A DNA stretch of 62,319 nt, the filler included, from Choristocarpus tenellus KU-1152 (taxonomy: Eukaryota; Protista; Phaeophyceae): assembly GCA_964200185.2 (NCBI GenBank). It is 8 parts of 8 records of this genome, joined end to end, with 100 filler letters (N's around TTAATTAATTAA, not from the genome) between each part and the next. Parts side by side here need not be neighbours in the genome. Positions count along the whole stretch, not along the records: positions 50,212 to 54,892 come from CAXNAD020013483.1; positions 54,993 to 57,588 come from CAXNAD020026426.1; positions 57,689 to 62,319 come from CAXNAD020013715.1; 5 more parts are not named here. One strand, given 5' to 3'. The translations under genes were made by a program, and so were the position numbers. The notes beneath the pieces are model-generated. The model was not told the origin of the DNA and searched no databases. It saw only the letters and a list, made by a program, of their open reading frames with translations. This document shows, one piece after another, positions 51,640 to 62,319 of this stretch. The first letter of the stretch is position 1. The number at the start of each line of letters is the position of its first letter.

Positions 51640-54600
51640 CCAATCCATTTACTGCACGATAGGCTACCAGGACCAGATCTATGTCCAACAATGCCATCAA
51701 TAGTGTATTGGCCAATAACAGGTCGAGAGATTTGATGGTCTATATCCGGTAATGGTAGTGGTTTTCCCAGAAACAAATAATCCAGTTCATTTAAATCTAG
51801 TGCGCGAGGTTGGACTTGAGGATAGTAACGTTTCATCCTACCCAGATGACCGGGAAAAGGACGTGCGTTTCCAGGTAGCACTACCTTATATACGATGGGT
51901 GATACGTTAGAATGTACTGAATAGGGACCCCTCCAAGGGTGAAGTAACTTCGGATTCGGACCATCGGTACTCTCATGTGGCCTATGGACTAGAATCGATC
52001 ACCAGATACGAAAACGGGAACACGAGATGTTGGTTGGCACGCTCCTGATTTTTAACGTGCTCATGGAGGTTACGATGAACCAACTCAAATGCGAGCTGTA
52101 ATTTTCATTGGTTTGCTGAGTAAACTCTTCAGTAGTGACATCTGGATCAGCATTACACAAACCAAGGATACTGTCAACAGGTAAATGAGCTTGTCTTCCA
52201 AACAGAAGGAAAAACGGGGTTTCATGCAACTTTGCACTGAATTCTGTGTTGTGGGCTAACTGTACGAAAGGCAATAACGATGCTCAGCTATCCTCAGCAA
52301 CAGAGATATACATTGCTAGCATAGAATGGAACGTAGCATGTACTCTTTCTAACACAGAATTTCCTTGGGGGTGATACGGTGTGGTTTTGTTTTTCTTATA
52401 ACCAAAGACAGACTGCAACTCTGCAACTATACTGTTTTCGGTACCTCGATCAGAGTGTAACAACTCAAGTGAACCAAAAATTGAAAATAAACGTACTACC
52501 AGCGTACGAGCAATTGTTGCGGCCCTTATATGTGGAATAGGGCTCAGCACAACAAAACGAGTGAGGTGATCAATGGCAGACAACACATACGAGCACATGA
52601 CACCATTTGCTGCTGGGGAACGTGTATTGTACTCTACCAAATCAATAGCAACACGTTGAAATGGTCTGTCAACGGGCATATGACCAGTAGGAAGCGTAGG
52701 CTTCTTATGAGCAGTCTTACGTGTTTGGCATGCTTGACAATCACGACACCATGTACGAGTATCGATATTGAATGTTGGCCACCAATACGAGTCTCTAACC
52801 TTATCGAACGTGGGTTTGAAACCTAAGTGACCTCCAGACAATGCATGATCGTGACAAGCATGGAGTACCAGACGGACTAACGAGTGAGGAACGACCAACT
52901 GGTCTCTAAATGTGCTCCTCTTACGAAGGTAGCCTGGTAAATAGGAGCGATACAGTAAGCCACTACGAAGGGAAAAATACGACATAGACGTCGTCGATTC
53001 CTTATCAGGCAGTGGGACGACATTGGGGGACTGCAAATACCTGAAATATGGTCTGAACTCAGACTCCTGCTCCTTGCGCAATTGCTCCGGGTCCACTGAA
53101 GGAAACATGGTAGTGGAACTAGTAAATAGTTCACGATCACTTTGGACGGGCGTTGCTTGGTCAAGGTTAGAAGCAGATAACTCATATTCCTTTTGAACAC
53201 GTGTGGTAAATGCACGACTACCTTCAGGCACATTACGACAGATTGGTGCCAGCATTGGAGCAACAGATTTCTCTTGTTCCTCAAACTTGAAAATACGAGA
53301 TAGAGTATCAGGTATAACATTGAGCTTACCGGGCTTGTGCTTGACTGTGAAATCATAAGCTTGAAGAGCAATAGCCCAACGAGTAAGCATGTTACTGGTA
53401 TCCTGCATTTCTATACAAGTAGCACAATGCGGCATGATCTGTGATGCAGGTGAAGGTTCTACCCCAAAGATACGGTCACCAATGAGTGATGGCTGTAACG
53501 ACTGCATAACACTCTCTTAATGTAGCTGAATAATGACGTTGAGCTTCATTAAATTTCTTGCTGAAGTATGCAATAATACCTAGGTCTGCAGGATTATCGG
53601 ATCGAGGTTGTACTAAAAAACCTCCAGCACCACTCTCACTGGCATCAACATGGATGATGAATTCTTTGTAAAGTCAGGAAACACGAGGACCGGTGCAGCA
53701 GTGAGTAATTGTTTTACTTTAAAAAATGCCATATCCTTGTCCAATCCCCATTCTTTATCCACTCTCTTATTGACACCTTTTTTAGTAAAAAGAACTAACG
53801 GTTCGATTACCGTGGTTAAGTTGGGTATGAATTTAAGCACAAAATTTATCATACCTAGTACAGATCGAAGTTCTTTGATGGTGGTGGGTTTGGGTAATTC
53901 AGTGATTGCACGGCCACGATCCTCACCGATACGAACCCCTTCAGACGATAAAATGTGGCCCAGGTAACGTACTTCTTTGAGTCCAAACTGGATCTTTGAC
54001 GGTTTCAAAGCTAAACCTGCTGCTTGTAACGCTTTGAACTGCTGTTCTAGTAAGTGTATATGTCCTTCCCATGTGGGAGAACAAGCAATCATCAGATCAT
54101 CCATGTAAACTAGCAACCCACTCAATGGACCAAAGTTGGCAAAGGCTGAGGACATGATTCTTTGAAATTGCCAAGGGGCATTTGATATCCCAAAGGGCAT
54201 CCTCTTAAAAACGTATTTGCCTCTAGACGTGACAAAAGCAGTTTTATCAATGTCATCCTCAGCAACACAGGAATCTGCCAATATGCACTCTGAATATCAC
54301 AAACGGTGATAAAATTTGGCACCCCCAACAGTAGCAATATGAGACTCTATATCAGGCATAGGCCAAGACTGTCGAACAAGGTGTTTGTTAACAGTTGACC
54401 TATAGTCTACACAGAATCGTGGGGAGCCATCAGATTTGGCCACACAATAGTAACAGGACTACCCCAAGGGCTGGCACATTTTTCAATAATGCCTTGCTCT
54501 TCCATAGTATTAACACACAAGTCAATTACTTGTTGAGTGCAGGGGTTTGCTCTGTAAGGGTTCCTGTCAACAGGTTTGATACCAGGCTCTATAGGAATTT

Positions 54601-54892
54601 CTTCTTCAGCTAGGGTACATCTGCCTAGTTCTGCTGCATTCAACAAAAATACCGATCTATAACGAGCACAGAGGTCTAAAAGCTGAGACACTTGTGACTG
54701 ATTGAACGTGGTATCTTTGAATGCGTTTGACTTGGTGAAGGCTTGATGTAACTCTTCTCTAGCTTTACTGAATGGAGCAGAATCAGTATTTAGAGCACTA
54801 ACAGTACTTGGTACCTGATCTGAAATAGAGGTTAAGTGACCTATCACAAGATGCTTCCTGATACGTACTTTCCGTGTTGTTGGATTTGCCAT
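51640..54892 (-). mobile_element. Ty3/Gypsy LTR retrotransposon pol (RT, RNase H, integrase, GPY/F, chromodomain-like start), frameshifted
   Basis: SPWGSPV, KTAFVT...RMPFGISNAP, LVYMDD, YLGH, LTRWAIALQAYDFTVKHKPGKLNVIPDTLSR, HHCC (HDHALSGGHLG...CRDCQAC), DDE core (IDLV/SDRG/GNSVLER), HPWRGPY, YTIDGIVGHR. Domain order RT-RH-IN. Confidence 0.95.
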
Positions 54893-55984
54893 NNNNNNNN
54901 NNNNNNNNNNNNNNNNNNNNNNNNNNNNNNNNNNNNTTAATTAATTAANNNNNNNNNNNNNNNNNNNNNNNNNNNNNNNNNNNNNNNNNNNNCCCCCCCT
55001 CCCTTCCTCTACATATTTTTTGTTGGAAACCTGCCCTGAAGTTGTGTCGTTTAGATTCTCAATCGAGGTGGATACAAAAAAGTCACACCTATTCATATGA
55101 CTGTTGCAAATCGCCGGTGATTGCAATCGGTCGCAGGTTAACTCAAAATCAAGAAGATATAAATAAAGAACAATTTGACAACCCCCTTCCCCCCCCATCA
55201 TAGAACTGTTACGCGTGTGCGAGCATACGCACACATCCTATATAAGTAAAAAAAAACCCAGTAGCGATGGTTATATTGCATACAGTACTATTGATATGAA
55301 TGTTTTTTGGATCATCTACTACGGATAAATATAAATTAAAAACAAAAAATCTTCAACATCTTCACAACAACCAGCTTACGCACGATTGGATTACAGAAAG
55401 CAAAAACTAGTTGCAGCAATCCCTTTTGTTGCAAAAGCAAAGAGTGAACCAGCTCGAGATCCATCATCATCCCCCCCCCCCCCCCCCCCCCCCCCCCTTT
55501 TTTTTTTTTGCCTTTTTGTAGCGCGCTCACGTAGCCCCCCCGTTTCTCTCTTTTTCACCCTCCCCAAAANNNNNNNNNNAAACCCCTTTTTTGACAAAAA
55601 AAAAAAGCGACCCCCCCGAGAACCACCCCCACCCCCCCCCCCCCCCCCCCTGCTCCCCTCTGTATTTTTTTGCTGCCTTGTGGAACCCGATTCAACTGTC
55701 CCGCCTTGACTCTCCTTGAAACCCTCACCTAAGATCCTGTGAGTTTACCGTATGAATGAATATTATTGGTCGGAATTTCAACCACACTTCTTAGGATAGG
55801 GTTGCAAATAGTGTGCACAGTGGGAGTTGTACAACTACGCGGTTTGTGTCTTCCGCCCACCATCACCACAAAAAATATTTTATTTAATCTATACACATGT
55901 ATTTCATTTTTTAATTTTTCTTTTAGCTAACGCAGACACAAAAAAAAGTGTAACGGCATCAAGTCCCTGCATTTTTTGAAGTGC

Positions 55985-56046
55985 ATGTATGTATGTATGT
56001 ATGTATGTATGTATGTATGTATGTATTATGTATGTATTATGTATGT
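55985..56046. repeat. (TATG)n microsatellite
   Basis: Visible tetranucleotide run. Confidence 0.9.
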
Positions 56047-56692
56047 ACACACACACACACATTTATATATTTTTTTTCAGGTCGAGGAAAACGAAAATAG
56101 AAACATTAAAGAAATACAATCTCCCTATAGCATATATGACCAAGGACAATCCTGCCTTCCGCAAAATAATAATAATAATTGTGAAAAAAAAGGAATTTAT
56201 TGCTGCTCTTACTCATACCTGTCTCTTGCCACAAAGGTGAAGTTTGCCTCCAACCAGCAAGAACCTTCATCGGCCCATGGCTCTACCACAGCACATTCCA
56301 TGGGTGATGAGGAAGCACACCTGGCAACCCCCCCCCCCAACAGCGACAGATTGATAATGCATAGTTTTTAAAATTTGCGTGTATATTTTTCTACCAATAG
56401 AATTAAGTAGCGTGCTTCTTTTTTTCCATATTGAGCCAATAGGATGCATGTATTCATGTTGATGCCACCCCCCCTACCTTTTTAAATAGTTTTCTACTTT
56501 GAGGTATGATATTTGTATTATCTCTCTTATTGCTTAATCAATAAAATAAGTGGCCTATTGCCACAATGGTGTTGCCACCTCCCTAGATATCCCACAGCTC
56601 AGCTAGGTCTAAAAAATACATATTGGTATTTAACCTGTAATTTCGAGTGTATCGGATTATGGATCCTCTACCAATCTCTGCTTTACCAAGAG

Positions 56693-56850
56693 AGTCCTCG
56701 TGGCTCAGTGGTTAGTGGAAGCTGTTGAATGTATGAATTTCGCAGGTTCAAACCCCATCAACACCATACTTGTTTTCACGAGAATCTGCCCATGATAATC
56801 CAAAGTCCACACTGCATATTGTACTACCCTATCTGCCGCTGTATCGAATT
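56693..56850 (+). mobile_element. tRNA-derived SINE-like head or tRNA pseudogene
   Basis: A-box gtggctcagtggttag (56700-56715) and B-box ggttcaaaccc (56745-56755) at tRNA-like spacing. The acceptor and anticodon stems do not pair, so it is not a functional tRNA. Confidence 0.6.
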
Positions 56851-58278
56851 AACGCCTGACCAAGGAAAAGAGAGGTGACGAGGCTTCATCGCTGAGCATT
56901 GGTTCAAATTCATGAAAAGGGTAGCCAACTAACCTGGGGACGTTCCATATATAATAATAAGGCGTTTTCTTTACAGTAATATATCGGTAGAAGACAAAAA
57001 GGCTTGACAGAGAGGGGCTATATACCATATCATCAGGTATGGTCTCCATAGCATAATGATAGCAAACGAACAAAAAGGCTTGTCAACTAAGGGACTTCCC
57101 CTCACTATAAGGCATTGTCTTGACAATGCACAGAATGCAAAGGTGTGGGGTGATATTAGTCAATCACCCTTGACTATAAATATATATATATATATAAAGT
57201 ATAAAGGTCTACCTCGAGCAATCCGTATAATTTTTCTATTTTTCGTGTCAAAGAACCCACTCAAACTAGTAAAATCTCGGTCAATAAACCCTCACATCAT
57301 GGAAAACGCCTTCCGATAGTCGTGACATAGGCTACGTATGAACCACTCCCCCCGTAACATAACTACGACTCTTGGACGGTGCAATCCTCTGATGTGTGTG
57401 TGTGTGTGTGCGTGCGTGCGCGCGCGCCCGCGACCGTATCCCAAGTCACATAAAAATATTTTTTTCTTTCACTGGAATAAAACACACGAAAAAAGTGACA
57501 TGAAAAAAAAAAAGGGCGCTCTGTATGTGTGTTGTGCGGGTCGGGGGCGTGCCCCTGTACCCGACGTGTGCGTTTTTGCCGTGGTTCTNNNNNNNNNNNN
57601 NNNNNNNNNNNNNNNNNNNNNNNNNNNNNNNNTTAATTAATTAANNNNNNNNNNNNNNNNNNNNNNNNNNNNNNNNNNNNNNNNNNNNGCGGTACTGTTG
57701 TGATTATGAAAAAAAAAAAATGGTACATGTCGTTGTGACTACCCCCCAAGAGTAATGCAACAGGGTGGTGGAGTGAGGATATACGATGCTAGTTTTGGTA
57801 GGCACAACTATTCAACTGGCTCAATCTTTTCAGCGTTAGGGTAAAGATAGTGTTGCCGTGATTCACACTCTGAAAGTACCCTGCTCCGGCAATACAGCAA
57901 TCGTGTCGTGCTGATGTGTTGACGTGCCTTAGAAGTGCGTGTAGAAATAATTAGCAGAATAATATGTTACTGTTACATTCAGATTTAGTTCATGACTATG
58001 TCCTTTTTGTTAGCCAGTCCAAGAAATATAGATAAGAGGCATGAATACTCCGTACTATGCTATTGTAGGACTGGTGCAGTTCATTGCTTGCGTGCTGTCT
58101 TTTACGGGGTGCAGTGATAGAATTTGACCCGCTTACAACGGTTCTGCTCTTTTTCTTGTCCAATCAGTTTCTTCCATTGACTTCAACTCCACCGCTGCTA
58201 TTGTGTCGCCAGCCTTCACAACACCTGACCAACCAACTAACTGCCTGTGGACCCTGTGTTTTTTTTCTTACTTTGCAG

Positions 58279-58404
58279 CGTGCCTATTGGTCGAGGAGGA
58301 GACAGGACCTAAAGGATGGGGAAAAGGCAGCAGCAGAAAAGAAGAAGAAGTATTCATCCCAGGGCATGAAGTACACCGCTCAGGCGTTGGCAAATAGGTC
58401 CTGA
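58279..58404 (+). CDS. Orphan terminal exon of an unidentified protein
   Basis: Polypyrimidine tract + ttgcag acceptor, then RAYWSRRRQDLKDGEKAAAEKKKKYSSQGMKYTAQALANRS followed by TGA. Confidence 0.65.
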   Translation, partial: RAYWSRRRQDLKDGEKAAAEKKKKYSSQGMKYTAQALANRS

Positions 58405-59211
58405 AGTTAACTATCGAAATTCTTTTATCTTTTTTCCCCTGTGTTATCATACTTGGAGAGAAGAGGCAGGAGGGGGTGGGGGGTGGAGGTATATTGGTCG
58501 CAGGAGGGTTGAGTTACACTAGATGGCAAGCTGGTACTGGAGGTGTACAAAGTGTCCATTATCTACATGGTGTGCTATGTGTGTGCAAATGAGACCGTTA
58601 GCACTTATTTTGTATTTTTATTATGAATCTACGTTAGGAGTGTGGGGATTAGTAGCAAAGTGTTGGTAAAAACTACCAAGTTGGAATTGGATTACTGAGG
58701 AAGGTGCACAACAGGTGCTGTAGCAGTCAAGAATGTTGAACCCATGCACTTCAAAGTAAGAGTTGATTCCACTGGAGCTGGGATCAGAGCATCCCCCTGA
58801 TCTCTCTGAGGTATAGCCAGAGCGATTTTTTTTTCTGTGAGGTGAAGGGTGGATACTGCATACTTTTTTTTCGAGGGTGAGGAGAGATTAGCACCTGGTG
58901 AGTAATATTAATAGTACTATTACATATTTATGTGGCCTCTCAGTGCGTTTTAAAGATGTGTGAGATAATTCTGATTCTGATTCTGATTTTTTTTTTAGTA
59001 GTGTACTCTAATGTTAGGTAACATGGGGATGAATCAGATTGGGGGAATGCTTCTATGTGTGCGAGTGCGGTGCTTTTGTGTTTTTTTATCGTTGTTGTAT
59101 AGGATAGAACAGACAACACTTACTTTGGAAACTTCCTTGACAGGGGGACTAGTAATATTTATTCATTTGAGTATTTCAGGGTACTCTTGCCATTGATTTG
59201 AGATGTAGTTA

Positions 59212-59246
<35 letters not shown>

Positions 59247-60118
59247 TTGTGACCGAAAGTTGAGATGAGCCTCTTTTCTTGCCCTTAATATAGATCTTAT
59301 TGTGTTGAAAAAGGTTACAGCCAACTTATCCTCTGTAATTGCAAAGCATCGACTGTTTCGTGCAAGAGCGTAAGACGTGTTGTGCTCACTGGCTGGGTCT
59401 ACAAGGGACACACACACACACACAAACATACACAACTCTGGGCAGAGCAGATGCCACCCAATTTCATTATGTCTTACGGACAGAGGAGGATGTGTCTGAT
59501 TTTTGGGTATAAATCAAGTTTTGTGCCATGTGCACAGCAAGTTACTATATACAGCATGCAGAGGAATGTGCAATTTATTTCCTCTTCAAATATCTCCACC
59601 GTGTGATTTGAGTTGGTGGTAAGGGGGGTGGATGGATGTTGCAGGATCAAGTTTGTTGTATCATTGAGAATAAAACGGTCACCTGAGGTAGAACAGCCGA
59701 GAAGGAATCTGTGCTCCAGTGCCTTATGAGAGAGGAGAGCTCTCTGTAGGGGGACTCTTTACTCCTCACAAGGGAGTTAACATGCGAGATTTGATTGGGT
59801 TTTTTTCTGCCCAAGGCACAAAGACTGAATCATTTCCAACGTATTGTTGGTGTCCACAGTCAGGGCATGTGGTGTATTGTAGTGACAACAATATCTCCTC
59901 ATGTCCTCTCACACCAATGCACCCTATAGGAGAAGGAGAGCCTTGCTTAAAGGGTGGTCTTAGACTGCACATACTTTGAATACAAATGGAAGGTGCATGA
60001 ATGGGTATTCATTTTCAGCAAAATGTAGAGTTGAAGTCGGAAATAAGAATCGAGACACAACCATAACTGGTCGGAGGGAGAGGAAACAATGATTTCAACA
60101 TCATTAGTGCTATCTGCT

Positions 60119-60247
60119 CCAGAGTACTAATTAGTATAAAGTGAAGTATGTGCCAGAGTACTAATTAGTATAAAGTGAAGTATGTGCCAGAGTACTAATT
60201 AGTATAAAGTGAAGTATGTGCCAGAGTACTAATTAGTATAAAGTGAA
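60119..60247. repeat. 34-bp tandem repeat, ~3.8 copies
   Basis: Unit ccagagtactaattagtataaagtgaagtatgtg, identical copies, containing the palindrome TACTAATTAGTA. Confidence 0.95.
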
Positions 60248-62263
60248 CGTGTTACACTATTGCATGCAATAAGAATGAACATCTGGTGGTCTTTGAGAGT
60301 CCTCCTCCATAGCCTTACATATCCCAAAAAATAGGAAAATGCAGTATTCATGGCATGGCTGGATTGAGACAGATATTGCTATCTATAGAGATCCATCCCT
60401 GAGAGAGGAGAAAAATATTTCCAAGAAAACCTGTGTTCAGCATCCACATCCTTCCTGTACAGTGTTCTTACCCTGGAAATTACACTTCTCCCCTTTCAGG
60501 GGTACCGGGTTGACTAAGCTCCAACCAATGCTGTGGTGAGAACCTACAACAGTGATAGATTTGTGATAGATTTATGATAGATTCACCTTTCTACGCCAAC
60601 AACATGAAAAGCATGTAAGAGCTCTCATAAAAACCTGCAATTTTTGACACAATACCAGTGTCACCCCTTGCAGTCCTCTTCCCTCTACAAAACCAATCAG
60701 CAGCAATTTTGAGCCCAGCACCCCAGAGTTGTAACTGCCGTTGCTGTTGCTTCGAAGAACGTTTTTTCACTCCGTTCACTGCGATGCACTTTGCTCTGCA
60801 AGTGGCAATAGGTCAATACTTACACCAAGAAAAACTTGCCGAAAAAAATAGTCTCCTCCTGATACTTTGAGGTATTTGAGGGTGGGAAAGCAATACCGCA
60901 TCCCTAAATCTCTGACTGATCAGGTAGTTCAACGAAAATCATCAGAACCCAGTAATACTTCGAGTACATAAATGACCACAGTGCTTTGTTCGCAGTGTTC
61001 AAAAGTAGAATGGTCCTACTAAGGCTGTACCGGGACCCAAAGTGCCATGGCCAGCAAGGGGCACCAGCAGGTCCATCCCATTCAACTGCCTTTCTTGCCG
61101 CCTTGTCCACTCCAACGGTGATATGGTGATATGGTCATGGTGAAATATAGCAGCACGTGCAAATGGTTCTCCTCCTCCTCCTCCTCAACTGTCTCCACCA
61201 CCTGCCTCATGCTCTAGTTGCATCAAGTGCTGGCACTCCACCTCAAAAGTGACCGCAAGGCTTGGTCGCAGACCATCACAAAACATGCCCTAACCCTAAA
61301 ATGGATGAAACAACGCAATAGACTATACATACATAGAGAGTGAACTAATAAATGAAGCAGTTAAACGATAGGAGATAAGCGATCACATCCATATCTGTAT
61401 GACAATACTTTTTTCCCGTGAGAGGGATGAGAGGCATGGGGACTAGATCAAGCTGTAAAGGAATCACAAGCAGTTAGTACATCAGACCGCAACAAAAAAA
61501 TCGACACCTTACCCCTACAAACAGTTGCAACGACGTGAACAATAGCCCAACTATTTGTGAGGTATAATAAAATTACTAAACAGCACAAGAAAAACGGTAA
61601 GAAGAATCAAAAGTACAACAGGCTCGCTTCCCTATGCAAGTGCCCTCTGGCTATGAAGGGGGATCTTAGATGAGAAAAACTAACATGGTTTTCAGCAAAA
61701 GGCAAGGTGAAGGATTCAAAGGTAATGTGGGAAGGGACAGGAGTGTGCATTGGATGGGAAGAGGAAGGGTAGACATAAAGATCTACGTAGTTTTTGTTGG
61801 TATACCTGCACAGCCCTACATACCAGCTGAACCACGACTGTCCAATAGATGCTGTGGGCAGTGGCAAAATATGTATACTCTGAAGAGAGGCTTATCCGAA
61901 AAGCACCTGAGTCGTCGGTGTTTACAGAGGAGGGGTATCTGCCCAGCAGTGGAAAAACAGAAAGGAACAATCTGGTCATCAGAGGAAGATGACAATACAG
62001 AGTGATTGTCCAAGAGATTTGCTCACCAAGAGTACTGAGTGCACCTGCTGCAAAAAAAACACCCTTGAGTGATCCTTCGTTGAGACCAAGTCAGGCTGTG
62101 CTGCACTCTCACATTTCCCCAGTATATCTCCAGATGAAGACAAAAACTCTTTTGTACCTTAACCCTTTAGCAGAAAAATATATATCACAGCAAGGATGCA
62201 AATTGCCTCAAGCGAACAGATCAACTTGAGGCAAACTCGAGTAAGCATGTACCACTGTACACC

Positions 62264-62310
<47 letters not shown>

Positions 62311-62319
62311 CCCAAACAA

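Noticed and set aside
55336-56449. Pro/Gly-rich and other short ORFs as genes
   Set aside because: They derive from homopolymer runs and microsatellites next to a small gap. No consistent exon chain could be built.
56693-56766. Functional tRNA gene
   Set aside because: The acceptor and anticodon stems do not pair.
60560-62230. Short ORFs in the last contig
   Set aside because: Probably decayed repeats; no recognisable domains or reliable splice structure.

Overview
This is eukaryotic, intron-rich genomic DNA, most likely from a photosynthetic stramenopile. A brown alga or close relative is inferred from a plastid-type PDH E2, a ciliary JHY-like gene, TTAGGG motifs and gene style. The window consists of 8 contigs joined by artificial 100-bp N44-TTAATTAATTAA-N44 linkers, so adjacency across linkers is not established. 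Spliced genes reconstructed by hand: the 3' end of ISY1; a complete longin R-SNARE (VAMP7-like) with Asn at the zero layer; a complete FAM173-like SAM methyltransferase; a 5'-partial plastid pyruvate dehydrogenase E2 with two E3-binding domains; a stand-alone DUF2439 (ZGRF1/Mte1 N-terminal) protein; a JHY-like gene; and several orphan exons. The rest is decayed transposable elements: RTE-type LINEs, a CRE-like LINE with a restriction-like endonuclease, Ty3/Gypsy, and a tRNA-derived SINE-like head. The most notable structure is a TIR transposon family. It has ~257-bp MITEs with G(A/G)NYCAAAGTATCT termini and 3-bp variable-sequence TSDs, a sister poly-G subfamily, and a longer candidate element with subterminal repeats and an unrecognised decayed gene. 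The sequence also shows a CpG-island-like versus CpG-depleted pattern suggesting DNA methylation. No database searches were run: all family calls come from motif recognition.
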